48,591 nucleotides of DNA from a virus (taxonomy: Duplodnaviria > Caudoviricetes): positions 1 through 48,591 of the IMG/VR virus record IMGVR_UViG_3300003406_000172; one strand, written 5' to 3'. Shown here in pieces: positions 1 to 7,871 of this stretch. A program made the position numbers and the translations under genes. The notes beneath the pieces are model-generated. The model did not search any database and was not told the DNA's origin. It was given only the letters and a program-made list of their open reading frames with translations. The first letter of the stretch is position 1, and every line of letters starts with the position of its first letter.

Positions 1-244
1 TTAATCTTCATATTCAGGTAATAACCGCAACAAAAATAAAAAATATTTTTCAGAAAGCAGGGTATTGACCATTTTATATACGGAAAAAACCATGCATTAT
101 TGTGTGCTGCGTTGTTTTGTAAAATTTAAAGGAAGAGATCTGATTTAATGTGATTCTGCTTTCTACAATATGAAATCGATGAATGATTATTTCTACTCAT
201 ATATTGATCATAAACATCAACTTACTGTAAATTTATCTCAAAGA

Positions 245-270
245 AAAAACCACCCAAATCAGGTGGTTTT
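245..270 (-). terminator. Intrinsic terminator downstream of the displaced tRNA 3' end (original host tRNA terminator)
   Basis: aaaaccacc-caaatca-ggtggtttt inverted repeat with an A-run on the left (U-tract on minus strand). Confidence 0.75.
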
Positions 271-276
271 CGAATT

Positions 277-322
277 GTGAACGCGGAAGGAGTCGAACCC
301 TCAACCTTCAGAGCCGTAATCT
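277..322 (-). repeat. att core, left copy: displaced 3' half of tRNA-Arg
   Basis: gtgaacgcggaaggagtcgaaccctcaaccttcagagccgtaatct, identical to 47424..47469. Confidence 0.97.
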
Positions 323-431
323 TCAATTTACTTTTTGATAACGTGTTCATGCGGGTTTACAAAGATTTTTGCATACCCTTTTTTTCTGTTTTATACGGTT
401 TTGTTATATTATAACATTACCGATTGATCTA

Positions 432-701
432 TCAACAGCCGCTGCAAAAGCTTCTGTCTACATAGGTTTTATTACCGTTGCCGTTAATGTAATAACATCC
501 TCCTCTGGGGCCTATATGCAATTGGCGGCCATTGTGGGTGCATCCTTGCTGTTTGGCTTTCGTGCTTTTCTTTTTGGTGCCTTTCTTTTTGGTTTTTTTC
601 TTTTGTTGTTGCGTGGTTGTTTGCTGGTCTTTTGCCGTTGTAATGTTTGCCGGTACATTGGCAAACAGCAGGAAAGCCATGATTAAAAAAATGTTTTTCA
701 T
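432..701 (-). CDS. Small exported basic protein with a C-terminal GPRGG-Y module (PBCV basic adaptor-like)
   Basis: Signal-peptide-like N-terminus, Lys-rich linker, GRQLHIGPRGGCYYINGNGNKTYV; co-oriented with the repressor. Confidence 0.65.
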   Translation of the reverse strand: MKNIFLIMAFLLFANVPANITTAKDQQTTTQQQKKKTKKKGTKKKSTKAKQQGCTHNGRQLHIGPRGGCYYINGNGNKTYVDRSFCSGC

Positions 702-722
702 AAGTATTGTTTTTGGGGGTTA

Positions 723-1376
723 TTAATTATTTATTTCTCCGTTTTCAGGTGATATGGATAAAAACAAAATATTATCGATGAAATAAAGTTTATAGGCGAT
801 ATTATTTTCAACATACTCTTCATCTAAGCTGCTCACATCTAAATCCTTTTTGAATAGTCCCAAGTTGGTAAGAATCCTTTTTCTATCATCTGCATTATAT
901 TTTGGATTTTGTGCGGTTATAACACCACCCATTGCAAGAAGTTGATCAGCTATTTTATCATATTTGCCATCATTCGTTGATAGTAATAAAATATCATATA
1001 AAGTATCATCTCTGTTCAACGAACCAAGTAAGGACAGATGATCAGTCAAATCAGCTTGGAATATATGAGATCCGTCACTATTCCGTTGAATTTTGGGCAT
1101 CCTAAGATCTAAACCAAATTCTTCTGCATACTTGTTAAATTCAGTTCTAAACTTATCAGGGCTTGGAGAAATAGAGTAAATTTGATTCTCTACCTTTTTT
1201 ATTTCCTTTTTCTCCACTGGAATTTCTGCCTTTGTGTTTTCCTCAACCTTTGCTGTTTCTGGAGTATCTGGTATTATCATTATCAAAAGGATAATAAAGG
1301 CTAAGAATGATATGGCAATCCAAGTGAATACTTTACCTAAGCTGGTTCTTTTTGGTGGTTTGTTTTCGGGGTTCAT
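723..1376 (-). CDS. Single-pass membrane protein, lysogeny-module moron (possible superinfection exclusion)
   Basis: N-terminal TM helix (VFTWIAISFLAFIILLIMII) followed by a soluble domain; directly downstream of the repressor. Confidence 0.65.
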   Translation of the reverse strand: MNPENKPPKRTSLGKVFTWIAISFLAFIILLIMIIPDTPETAKVEENTKAEIPVEKKEIKKVENQIYSISPSPDKFRTEFNKYAEEFGLDLRMPKIQRNSDGSHIFQADLTDHLSLLGSLNRDDTLYDILLLSTNDGKYDKIADQLLAMGGVITAQNPKYNADDRKRILTNLGLFKKDLDVSSLDEEYVENNIAYKLYFIDNILFLSISPENGEINN

Positions 1377-1389
1377 AGTATTGGTTTTT

Positions 1390-2169
1390 TTAAATTGTTA
1401 TTACTGCATTGGAAGTGTGTTCTTTGACGATTCTTCCGATAACTAATGAAATTCTTTTTATTGTTTCTTTTTCAATCGGGAAAGGTTGATGTATTAAGGT
1501 GCCATCCGGATAGGTGTCTGTATTGCTGCTGTAGGCCATGAAAATAGTGTTGTCAGAAGACAGCTGTATTCTTTTGGTTATCCTGATCTCATCCGTTTCA
1601 ATGACATAGTTTTGTCCGGGAACAATATTTCTGAAATCGTGTATTTCTTTTATGGCTAAAATACATCCGCTTGGATACTCTACCATGCTGTCACCATAAT
1701 GGCGCAAACCTGCTGTTAGTTTTGTTTTGCCAAACCAACTTCCAGCATTAACAAATTCAGTAGGCTGGGATACTGGATTCAAGTCGGCTTGCCCGGTGCC
1801 GCCAAAAGTGGAAACATCGTCATACAAGGGAATCAGATTATTATTGTTCATATCCCATTTTTCTTCAAGCTCTTCAAACGGTGTTTTGCGCTTAGGAATC
1901 TCTGAATCATCGGAAATTTCATTTTCATTTAAAATCATTTCTCCATCTCCATTCTTTAGCCAATTTTCATTTATAAAGGGATATAAAGATTTTATTTTCC
2001 CATATAAAGTTTCTGAAAATGGAACCTTTCCGTTTGCTACCTGAGAAAAAGCAGATTCCGTTTCAAATCCTAATGAATAGCCCAATTCCTTCTGGGTCTT
2101 AATGTGTTTATTAGTTTTTAAATATGATATTAAAAACTTAAATCTTTCGTTGAGGTTAATTTTCTCCAT
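1390..2169 (-). CDS. CI-like phage repressor (XRE HTH plus S24 peptidase domain)
   Basis: N-terminal HTH (TQKELGYSLGFETESAFSQVANGK), INENWLKNGDGEM motif, C-terminal GDSM...TKRI S24 motifs; divergent from a Cro-like gene. Confidence 0.9.
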   Translation of the reverse strand: MEKINLNERFKFLISYLKTNKHIKTQKELGYSLGFETESAFSQVANGKVPFSETLYGKIKSLYPFINENWLKNGDGEMILNENEISDDSEIPKRKTPFEELEEKWDMNNNNLIPLYDDVSTFGGTGQADLNPVSQPTEFVNAGSWFGKTKLTAGLRHYGDSMVEYPSGCILAIKEIHDFRNIVPGQNYVIETDEIRITKRIQLSSDNTIFMAYSSNTDTYPDGTLIHQPFPIEKETIKRISLVIGRIVKEHTSNAVITI

Positions 2170-2218
2170 TTGATAATCAGGTTTTTATAGTTTTTAATAT
2201 AAATATCTTTATATATAA

Positions 2219-2251
2219 TTTGTATTATAAATATAAAGTTCTTTATATTTG
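2219..2251 (+). promoter_or_regulatory. Bacteroidota sigma-70 promoter for the early (Cro) operon
   Basis: TTTG at 2219..2222, 21-nt spacer, TATATTTG at 2244..2251 matching -33 TTTG / -7 TAnnTTTG. Confidence 0.75.
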
Positions 2252-2290
2252 CAGTATCATATTACAATCATTAATACAAATATAAATAAA

Positions 2291-2527
2291 ATGGAAGATA
2301 AAAAAGTAAAAATCAGGGAATTGTTTGCGGCTCTTACTTCTGAGCGCAAGAACAATGTGAGAACGATTCTCTCAAAGAAATTCGATATCACGGTAGATTC
2401 TGCTAAAATGAACTGGATTTATGCCGGTAAAATCCCGGAACAGCATATTGATAAAACTTTGGAAATCATCAAAGCAGAATTGCAAAAGCAAACTGATGAA
2501 CTTCAGGAATTAATTGATGTGATATGA
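2291..2527 (+). CDS. Cro-like small regulator
   Basis: First gene divergent from CI, small helical protein; ATG at 2291 after an A-rich leader. Confidence 0.6.
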   Translation: MEDKKVKIRELFAALTSERKNNVRTILSKKFDITVDSAKMNWIYAGKIPEQHIDKTLEIIKAELQKQTDELQELIDVI

Positions 2528-2531
2528 CGCT

Positions 2532-2798
2532 ATGAAAACTACTATCACCATAACACAGGAAACAACGGACACAACGGTAAAAACCACAGTGTATGCAGGC
2601 AGCGAATTACTGTACAGTGAAGAGATTTCTAAAAATCAACTGTTCAGAAATGAGCCTACTTCAGAATTGAGAAGATTTATGAACTGGTTAACTGGGCAAA
2701 AACAAGCCAGCAACCGTTGCGATGTTCGCCAGCACGGAACTGAGAAACTCGGTTTTTTCCGGAAAATCTTTCTTCAAAGATTCAAGTTCAAGGGATAG
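2532..2798 (+). CDS. Hypothetical early protein (3' end overlaps an antisense moron)
   Basis: ATG 4 nt after the Cro-like stop; 88-aa ORF. Confidence 0.45.
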   Translation: MKTTITITQETTDTTVKTTVYAGSELLYSEEISKNQLFRNEPTSELRRFMNWLTGQKQASNRCDVRQHGTEKLGFFRKIFLQRFKFKG

Positions 2799-3074
2799 CT
2801 TTTCCAATGCAGCTTTTTCAATTGCTTCTTTGGCTGTGAAACCTCCCTTGTGCATGAAATCAAACGCATCAGCAGTAAGATAAACATAAACATGACCACC
2901 TAACATCTTTTCCTGATGCAGAAAATTAAGATTTTGAAACTGATCCAGAATGACAGAAAGATATTCCAAAGGAATTTGATAATCAGCAGGCGCATCATGC
3001 AAGTTTACTTCCAGATTTATTCCTGTGTTGATAAGATCATTAAGTATTCTGTCTTTTAATTCAGAAGTAATCAT
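2688..3074 (-). CDS. Antisense moron, winged-helix-like N-terminus with hydrophobic C-terminus
   Basis: 128-aa ORF with its own TACTTTTG -7 element at 3089..3096 (minus). Confidence 0.7.
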   Translation of the reverse strand: MITSELKDRILNDLINTGINLEVNLHDAPADYQIPLEYLSVILDQFQNLNFLHQEKMLGGHVYVYLTADAFDFMHKGGFTAKEAIEKAALEKLSLELESLKKDFPEKTEFLSSVLANIATVAGLFLPS

Positions 3075-3105
3075 AAGTCAATTTTTAACAAAAGTAAAAA
3101 ATAAA

Positions 3106-3375
3106 ATGACAGTAGAAATCACTCAACCCATCACCTTCCGCAAAGCACAAGGCAAACAGCTTCAACAAGGCGGCGGTGCATTCTTGCGGTGTGATACGCC
3201 GGAACAACTGCAAAAGTGGGTAGAAATGATACAAAGATGTTACGCACCTGCCAAATTCCAATACTGCGAAAATGATAACACCGTACGGATTGTTTCCGAA
3301 AAGTTTGATAAGGCTGAGGAAACGCATCAGGCAGCAATGCGCAACTGGACAAATAGCAGCGGAAAATTAGACTAA
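3106..3375 (+). CDS. Hypothetical early protein
   Basis: ATG at 3106 after an A-rich leader, in frame with ORF 3025..3375. Confidence 0.6.
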   Translation: MTVEITQPITFRKAQGKQLQQGGGAFLRCDTPEQLQKWVEMIQRCYAPAKFQYCENDNTVRIVSEKFDKAEETHQAAMRNWTNSSGKLD

Positions 3376-3387
3376 AATCCAAATAAT

Positions 3388-3633
3388 ATGAAACTATTCA
3401 CCACCACTCGCAAAACAGTGTACAGTCCATTTTATGGCAAACTGATCGTCTTTCAGTTCCGGTTTCTCGGTATAAAGTTCTGGTCAGAGATTCACGCACC
3501 GAAAGATTTGTGTCACGAAATTACACCTCAGCAGGAAGAAAAAGAACTGCATGATCTAGAAGAAATGGCCGCCTACATAGAATGGCGGAAGCAGATGAAA
3601 GCGCGGAACCTACCAGTGACGAATTTGAAATGA
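3388..3633 (+). CDS. Hypothetical early protein
   Basis: 81-aa ORF with operon-like spacing. Confidence 0.55.
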   Translation: MKLFTTTRKTVYSPFYGKLIVFQFRFLGIKFWSEIHAPKDLCHEITPQQEEKELHDLEEMAAYIEWRKQMKARNLPVTNLK

Positions 3634-3656
3634 TCATGAAAACAAGATTTTGAGCC

Positions 3657-3845
3657 ATGAGAATATCCACTTTCAAATTATTAGACCAAATACCCATCAA
3701 TCAGATTTACGCTTATCTGGAACAAAAAAACGCTACCAAAGAGAAAAACGGCAAAAGTGTGGGAGCTGATGCCGCTGAAAAAAGACGTTCCAAGCAAGCT
3801 AAAGAAATCGCAATGAGAGAATGGGCAAAGCAAAAAGCACTATGA
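3657..3845 (+). CDS. Hypothetical basic protein
   Basis: 62-aa ORF in the early operon. Confidence 0.45.
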   Translation: MRISTFKLLDQIPINQIYAYLEQKNATKEKNGKSVGADAAEKRRSKQAKEIAMREWAKQKAL

Positions 3846-3942
3846 GAGAATTTAACGAAATGGCAGCACGGGCAGAACTCGAAAGCCACCGGAAACTGAG
3901 ACAGAATTATTATCAACTGAATTAAAAAAACCATTAAAGAAA

Positions 3943-4947
3943 ATGACTGAACAACAAACATTCGACATTGAAAAACTGGAAGCCACACACCTTCCGGAAC
4001 TGCAAGGGCTGAAAGAAAAACAGCTGCAAATCGTTCGGGAAAATCCCTTTGTAAAGGTAGAAGATGCCACAACGTATGAAGCCGCAAAGAAAGCCCGTAC
4101 AACGCTGGTAAGTGCCAGAACCGACATTGAAAAACAAGACAAACTGATTGCTTCCAAAATCAAAAAATTCCGGGAAGCTGTAGCTAAGGCAAGTCAGGAA
4201 CTCATCGCAATCACCAAACCACATGAAGATAAGCAGCAGGATGAAGTCCGCCGGTATGAAGCAATAAAAGAAGCTGAAAAGGCTGAGAAAGCAAAGCAGG
4301 AAGAGGAGCGGAAAAACAAAATCAAAAACGCTATTGATCAGATTATTTCCACTGCTCTCGGGAAGATTCACAACCTGTCTTTTGAAATGATCGATACCCT
4401 GAAAGTGGATTTTGAAGAAAACCTTTACAAAACAGATTTATCCCAATTTGAAGAGTTTGAGTTGGATTTTAATGAAAAATTGATTCAGGTTAAAAGTGTT
4501 CTTCATTTCAAAATTCAGCAGCTTCAGTTGGACGAAAACCAGAGATTGGAACAAGTGCGTTTGCAAGAAGAAGCCGATAAGATTGCTGCTGAACGTGCCG
4601 AACTTAAAAAACAACGTGACGAAATAGAAGCTGAAAAGGCCCGCCTGACAAAACTTGAAGCTGACAGAAAAGCCAAAGAAGAAACTGAAAGGCTTGAAGC
4701 CGAAAGAAAAGAACGTGAAGACCGGGAAAAGGCTGAAAAGGAAGCTAAAGCTAAAGCCGATGCAGAAAGAGAAGAAGCGTTAAGACCGGATATGGAAAAG
4801 ATCATCATGTATTTGCTCAGCATCAAAGCATCCAGCCCGGAACCTGAACTGAAAGACCCGAAAATATCCACTGAGTTTGAAAACGTAAAAGAACGGATAA
4901 ACGATGCAATATCCGATGCTATCTCTGTCATTAAAAATTTTAAATAA
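3943..4947 (+). CDS. Long coiled-coil protein of the recombination module (DUF1351/Gam-like position)
   Basis: 334 aa, E/K/A-rich heptads, YEAAKKARTTLVSARTDIEK motif; upstream of the exonuclease. Confidence 0.75.
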   Translation: MTEQQTFDIEKLEATHLPELQGLKEKQLQIVRENPFVKVEDATTYEAAKKARTTLVSARTDIEKQDKLIASKIKKFREAVAKASQELIAITKPHEDKQQDEVRRYEAIKEAEKAEKAKQEEERKNKIKNAIDQIISTALGKIHNLSFEMIDTLKVDFEENLYKTDLSQFEEFELDFNEKLIQVKSVLHFKIQQLQLDENQRLEQVRLQEEADKIAAERAELKKQRDEIEAEKARLTKLEADRKAKEETERLEAERKEREDREKAEKEAKAKADAEREEALRPDMEKIIMYLLSIKASSPEPELKDPKISTEFENVKERINDAISDAISVIKNFK

Positions 4948-4964
4948 TCCAAACACATTAAAAA

Positions 4965-5393
4965 ATGGACACACAAATTCAAACAACCAACAGTGCATTA
5001 CCCGCTTTTGATTTAGCCGGTGAGCTTCCAAATCTCGCAACTGCAAAAGTATTGCCCGCAGATCTTACATCAGAATACTGGACACCGGAAAAAGCAGGAG
5101 AGTACAAACTCTGTTTCTTTCAGGAAATAAAAAATTCAACGTACACGGATGAAAAAACCGGCGAAACAATTGAGCTTCCATGCGCGGTAATTCTGGAACA
5201 AAAAGAAAACGGCGTTTTGGCGACCGTTCGCAACGGTTCAAAGCGTTTGGTTGCTTCCTTGGAAGATGCCATTCACGCCGGGAAGATTGCAACAGGAACC
5301 CCGCTGAAAATTGAGTACATGGGAAAACAAAAGAATGCGACCAACGCATTTCAGTCTGACCGGTGGAGTGTAAAACCTTTAATCATTGCATAA
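4965..5393 (+). CDS. Putative ssDNA-binding (OB-like) protein of the recombination module
   Basis: Beta-rich 142 aa with DEKTGE hairpin and GSKRL helix; coupled to the exonuclease (TAATG overlap). Confidence 0.55.
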   Translation: MDTQIQTTNSALPAFDLAGELPNLATAKVLPADLTSEYWTPEKAGEYKLCFFQEIKNSTYTDEKTGETIELPCAVILEQKENGVLATVRNGSKRLVASLEDAIHAGKIATGTPLKIEYMGKQKNATNAFQSDRWSVKPLIIA

Positions 5394-6088
5394 TGGAAGC
5401 AATGGTTACAAACAACTTGCCTGATTTATCTCAGGCAGTTGTTTCCGAAACAGAACTGAATAAGCAGGAAGCGTGGCTGAAATCCCGTGAAGGAAAATTC
5501 ACTGCCAGCAACTGCCACCGGCTAATGACTTATGAAGATAAACTGGATGATTTCCCGAAAGGTGCTATGACTTATGTAGAAGAGGTTGTGATTGACATTC
5601 TAACCGATGGAAAGGGCAAAAAAGACTTCAAAAGCGATTCCATGGACAGAGGAAATGAAAAGGAACTGGAAGCAGTGGCCGTATTTGAGGCTAAGACTGG
5701 TTTTATCTGTTCCGCAACCGGTGAAGATCAAAAGTTTGTTGAGTTATGCAGTTATTTTGGTGGAACGCCGGACGGATTGATTGGCGGTGACAGCTTAATT
5801 GAGGTGAAATGCCCGGATTCCAAAACTCATCTTTTCTACATCAAAAACTTGAAAAGTCTGGCAGATTTAAAAAAGCACTGTTCAAATTACTATTGGCAGA
5901 TTCAGGGAAATTTACTTGCAACCGGAAGGATGTTCGCTTACTTCATCAGCTATGATGATCGGTTTACGAACCCCGAACATCAATTTTTAGCACTGGGAAT
6001 AAAGCGAAATGAGGATGACATTGCTAAGTTGAAGAAACGCCTTCAAATGGCTGAGAAACATAAGCAGGAACTTTTAAAATTTGGATAA
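5393..6088 (+). CDS. YqaJ/lambda-exonuclease family protein
   Basis: WLKSREGKFTAS, MDRGNEKE, GGTPDGL, IEVKCP, YYWQIQG motifs. Confidence 0.92.
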   Translation: MEAMVTNNLPDLSQAVVSETELNKQEAWLKSREGKFTASNCHRLMTYEDKLDDFPKGAMTYVEEVVIDILTDGKGKKDFKSDSMDRGNEKELEAVAVFEAKTGFICSATGEDQKFVELCSYFGGTPDGLIGGDSLIEVKCPDSKTHLFYIKNLKSLADLKKHCSNYYWQIQGNLLATGRMFAYFISYDDRFTNPEHQFLALGIKRNEDDIAKLKKRLQMAEKHKQELLKFG

Positions 6089-6360
6089 TGAAGAACGGAG
6101 ACAAACCAATTTACCCTGCATTTTCAGTAACCGCCCAGAGTGGAAATGAAAATTTAGCAACTCCAGAAGCGGCTAATAGGGGAATGATAAACCATGCTAA
6201 TATCGGTCTTTCCAAACGTGAGTATTTCGCAGGATTAGCAATGCAGGCAATCTTAAACAATGAATCGGGATATTTCCAATCAGCGCAAAGGGTAGCGGAA
6301 ATGGCTGTTCATCAAGCCGACGAACTTTTAAACTACCTCGAAGAAAAGGAAGAAAAATAA
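6088..6360 (+). CDS. Conserved phage hypothetical protein
   Basis: GLSKREYFAGLAMQAIL...AVHQADELL motif typical of a widespread small phage family. Confidence 0.75.
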   Translation: MKNGDKPIYPAFSVTAQSGNENLATPEAANRGMINHANIGLSKREYFAGLAMQAILNNESGYFQSAQRVAEMAVHQADELLNYLEEKEEK

Positions 6361-6365
6361 CACAA

Positions 6366-6812
6366 ATGATCTACGATACTTCCAAGCCTGAAGGCAGAAA
6401 AAAAGCAATTGACAGGGTGAAATATCTACTCGATAAAAAAGCAAAAATAGAGGTTGTGGAAAAAAGGAGAAACAGAACGTACAGCCAGAACAACTATCTG
6501 CATTTGATACTTGGATGGTATGCTTTAGAGTATGGCGAAACGCTGGACTATGTGAAGCAGGTTATTTTCAAACAATGGGCAAATCCGGAAATATTCAAAA
6601 CTGAATTTATTAACGAAAAAACGGGTGAAGTTCGGGAAGCCTGGAGAAGTACATCGGGCCTGAACACTGAAGAACTCTCAACAGCAATAGAGCGGTTTCG
6701 GTCTTACTCTTTAAAAACTCTGAACCTGTATTTGCCGGAACCAAAAGACCTTGCATACCTGGAAGAAATAGAAAATCAATTAGAAGAATATCACAATAAA
6801 ATTTACTTATAA
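6366..6812 (+). CDS. NinB/Orf-like recombination accessory protein
   Basis: RTYSQNNYLH and RSTSGLNTEELSTAIE motifs. Confidence 0.7.
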   Translation: MIYDTSKPEGRKKAIDRVKYLLDKKAKIEVVEKRRNRTYSQNNYLHLILGWYALEYGETLDYVKQVIFKQWANPEIFKTEFINEKTGEVREAWRSTSGLNTEELSTAIERFRSYSLKTLNLYLPEPKDLAYLEEIENQLEEYHNKIYL

Positions 6813-6816
6813 AATT

Positions 6817-7272
6817 ATGAAAACACTAAAAATAGAAATTCCAAGCGGATTTGAGATCGCAGAATTTGACACAAAAACAGGTGTAGTTTCTTTTAAAGAA
6901 ACGCCAAAAGACATTAAACAAAGAATCAAAACATTTGCTGATGTTCTGAATTATTTTGGAATTGATGAAGATGATTTTGAAGATGGGAATGAAACCCTTG
7001 AACCGGATGAAGTTGCTTACAGAAAAGTAAAATTAATTGTAAACGCTTTGAATGAAGAGTGGAAACCAGACTGGACAAATTCAAGCCAAACCAAATATTT
7101 CCCTTGGTTCAAAATGGGTTCCTCTTCGGGTTCGGGGTTTTCGTTCCACGATTACGATAACTGGCTTTCGAATTCGACTGTCGGCTCCCGCCTTTGCTTC
7201 AAATCCAGGGAATTGGCTGAATACGCTGGAAAGCAATTCACAGAGATTTACAAAGAATTTATGACAATCTAA
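6817..7272 (+). CDS. DGR target protein 1 (small soluble protein containing VR1)
   Basis: Contains 7117..7197, homologous to the TR with A-specific differences; paralogue of 7284..7661. Confidence 0.92.
   Translation: MKTLKIEIPSGFEIAEFDTKTGVVSFKETPKDIKQRIKTFADVLNYFGIDEDDFEDGNETLEPDEVAYRKVKLIVNALNEEWKPDWTNSSQTKYFPWFKMGSSSGSGFSFHDYDNWLSNSTVGSRLCFKSRELAEYAGKQFTEIYKEFMTI
7117..7197 (+). repeat. DGR variable repeat VR1
   Basis: 81-nt ungapped match to 7691..7771; 11 mismatches, 10 at TR adenines. Confidence 0.95.
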
Positions 7273-7283
7273 AATTTACAAAA

Positions 7284-7661
7284 ATGAATATTACAGACAA
7301 AGTAAAAAGTTTTGAAGATGCGTGTCAATTGTTGGGAATCAAAACAACACTTCCGGAAGTATCAATGCTTCCAGTAAATCACCAAAAAGCCATTATAGCA
7401 CACTACAAACTTGTAATTATTGCAGAAGCAATCAATGAAGGTTGGAAGCCTAATTGGGATAATTGGGATGAAAGAAAATATTATCCATGGTTTGATCTGG
7501 AGGGTTCCTCTTCGGGTTCGGGGTTTTCGTTCGGCGATTACGATCGCTGGCTTGCGACTTCGACTGTCGGCTCCCGCCTTTGCTTCAAATCTTATGAATT
7601 AGCAAAGTATGTGGGACAAACATTCATTGACCTCTACAAAGACTATTTCTTAGTAGAATAA
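7284..7661 (+). CDS. DGR target protein 2 (small soluble protein containing VR2)
   Basis: Contains 7503..7583; shares NExWKPxW, KYxPWF and GSRLCFKSxELAxYxGxxF motifs with target 1. Confidence 0.92.
   Translation: MNITDKVKSFEDACQLLGIKTTLPEVSMLPVNHQKAIIAHYKLVIIAEAINEGWKPNWDNWDERKYYPWFDLEGSSSGSGFSFGDYDRWLATSTVGSRLCFKSYELAKYVGQTFIDLYKDYFLVE
7503..7583 (+). repeat. DGR variable repeat VR2
   Basis: 81-nt ungapped match to the TR; 15 mismatches, 14 at TR adenines. Confidence 0.95.
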
Positions 7662-7690
7662 AAATTAAGGTGGTGTGATGTTATGGTTGT

Positions 7691-7771
7691 AGTTCCTCTT
7701 CAGGTTCAGGGTTTTCGTTCAACGATTACGATAACTGGAATACGAATTCGAATGTCAGCTCCCGATTTTGC
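7691..7771 (+). ncRNA. DGR template repeat (TR), within the putative DGR RNA 7666..7871
   Basis: Intergenic, directly upstream of the RT, rich in AAC/AAT triplets, carries A where the VRs differ. Confidence 0.93.
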
Positions 7772-7871
7772 AAAAAAATTACATCACAGACCTTACCACT
7801 CGGTAAAAAACAACAAATTTTTAAAGGCGTTGGTAACTATCGTGAAAACGACTTTTTAAGAAGCAAAGGAT

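Noticed and set aside
1-244. Possible gene or ncRNA left of the prophage
   Set aside because: AT-rich host intergenic sequence with no supportable ORF or structure in the visible part
277-322. Second tRNA gene at the left end
   Set aside because: Only the 3' half is present (no D arm or 5' acceptor strand); it is the att duplication
7117-7771. Three spaced repeats as a CRISPR array or a simple gene duplication
   Set aside because: Units are 81 nt, two lie in coding frames, no cas genes are present, and mismatches are confined to adenines of one copy
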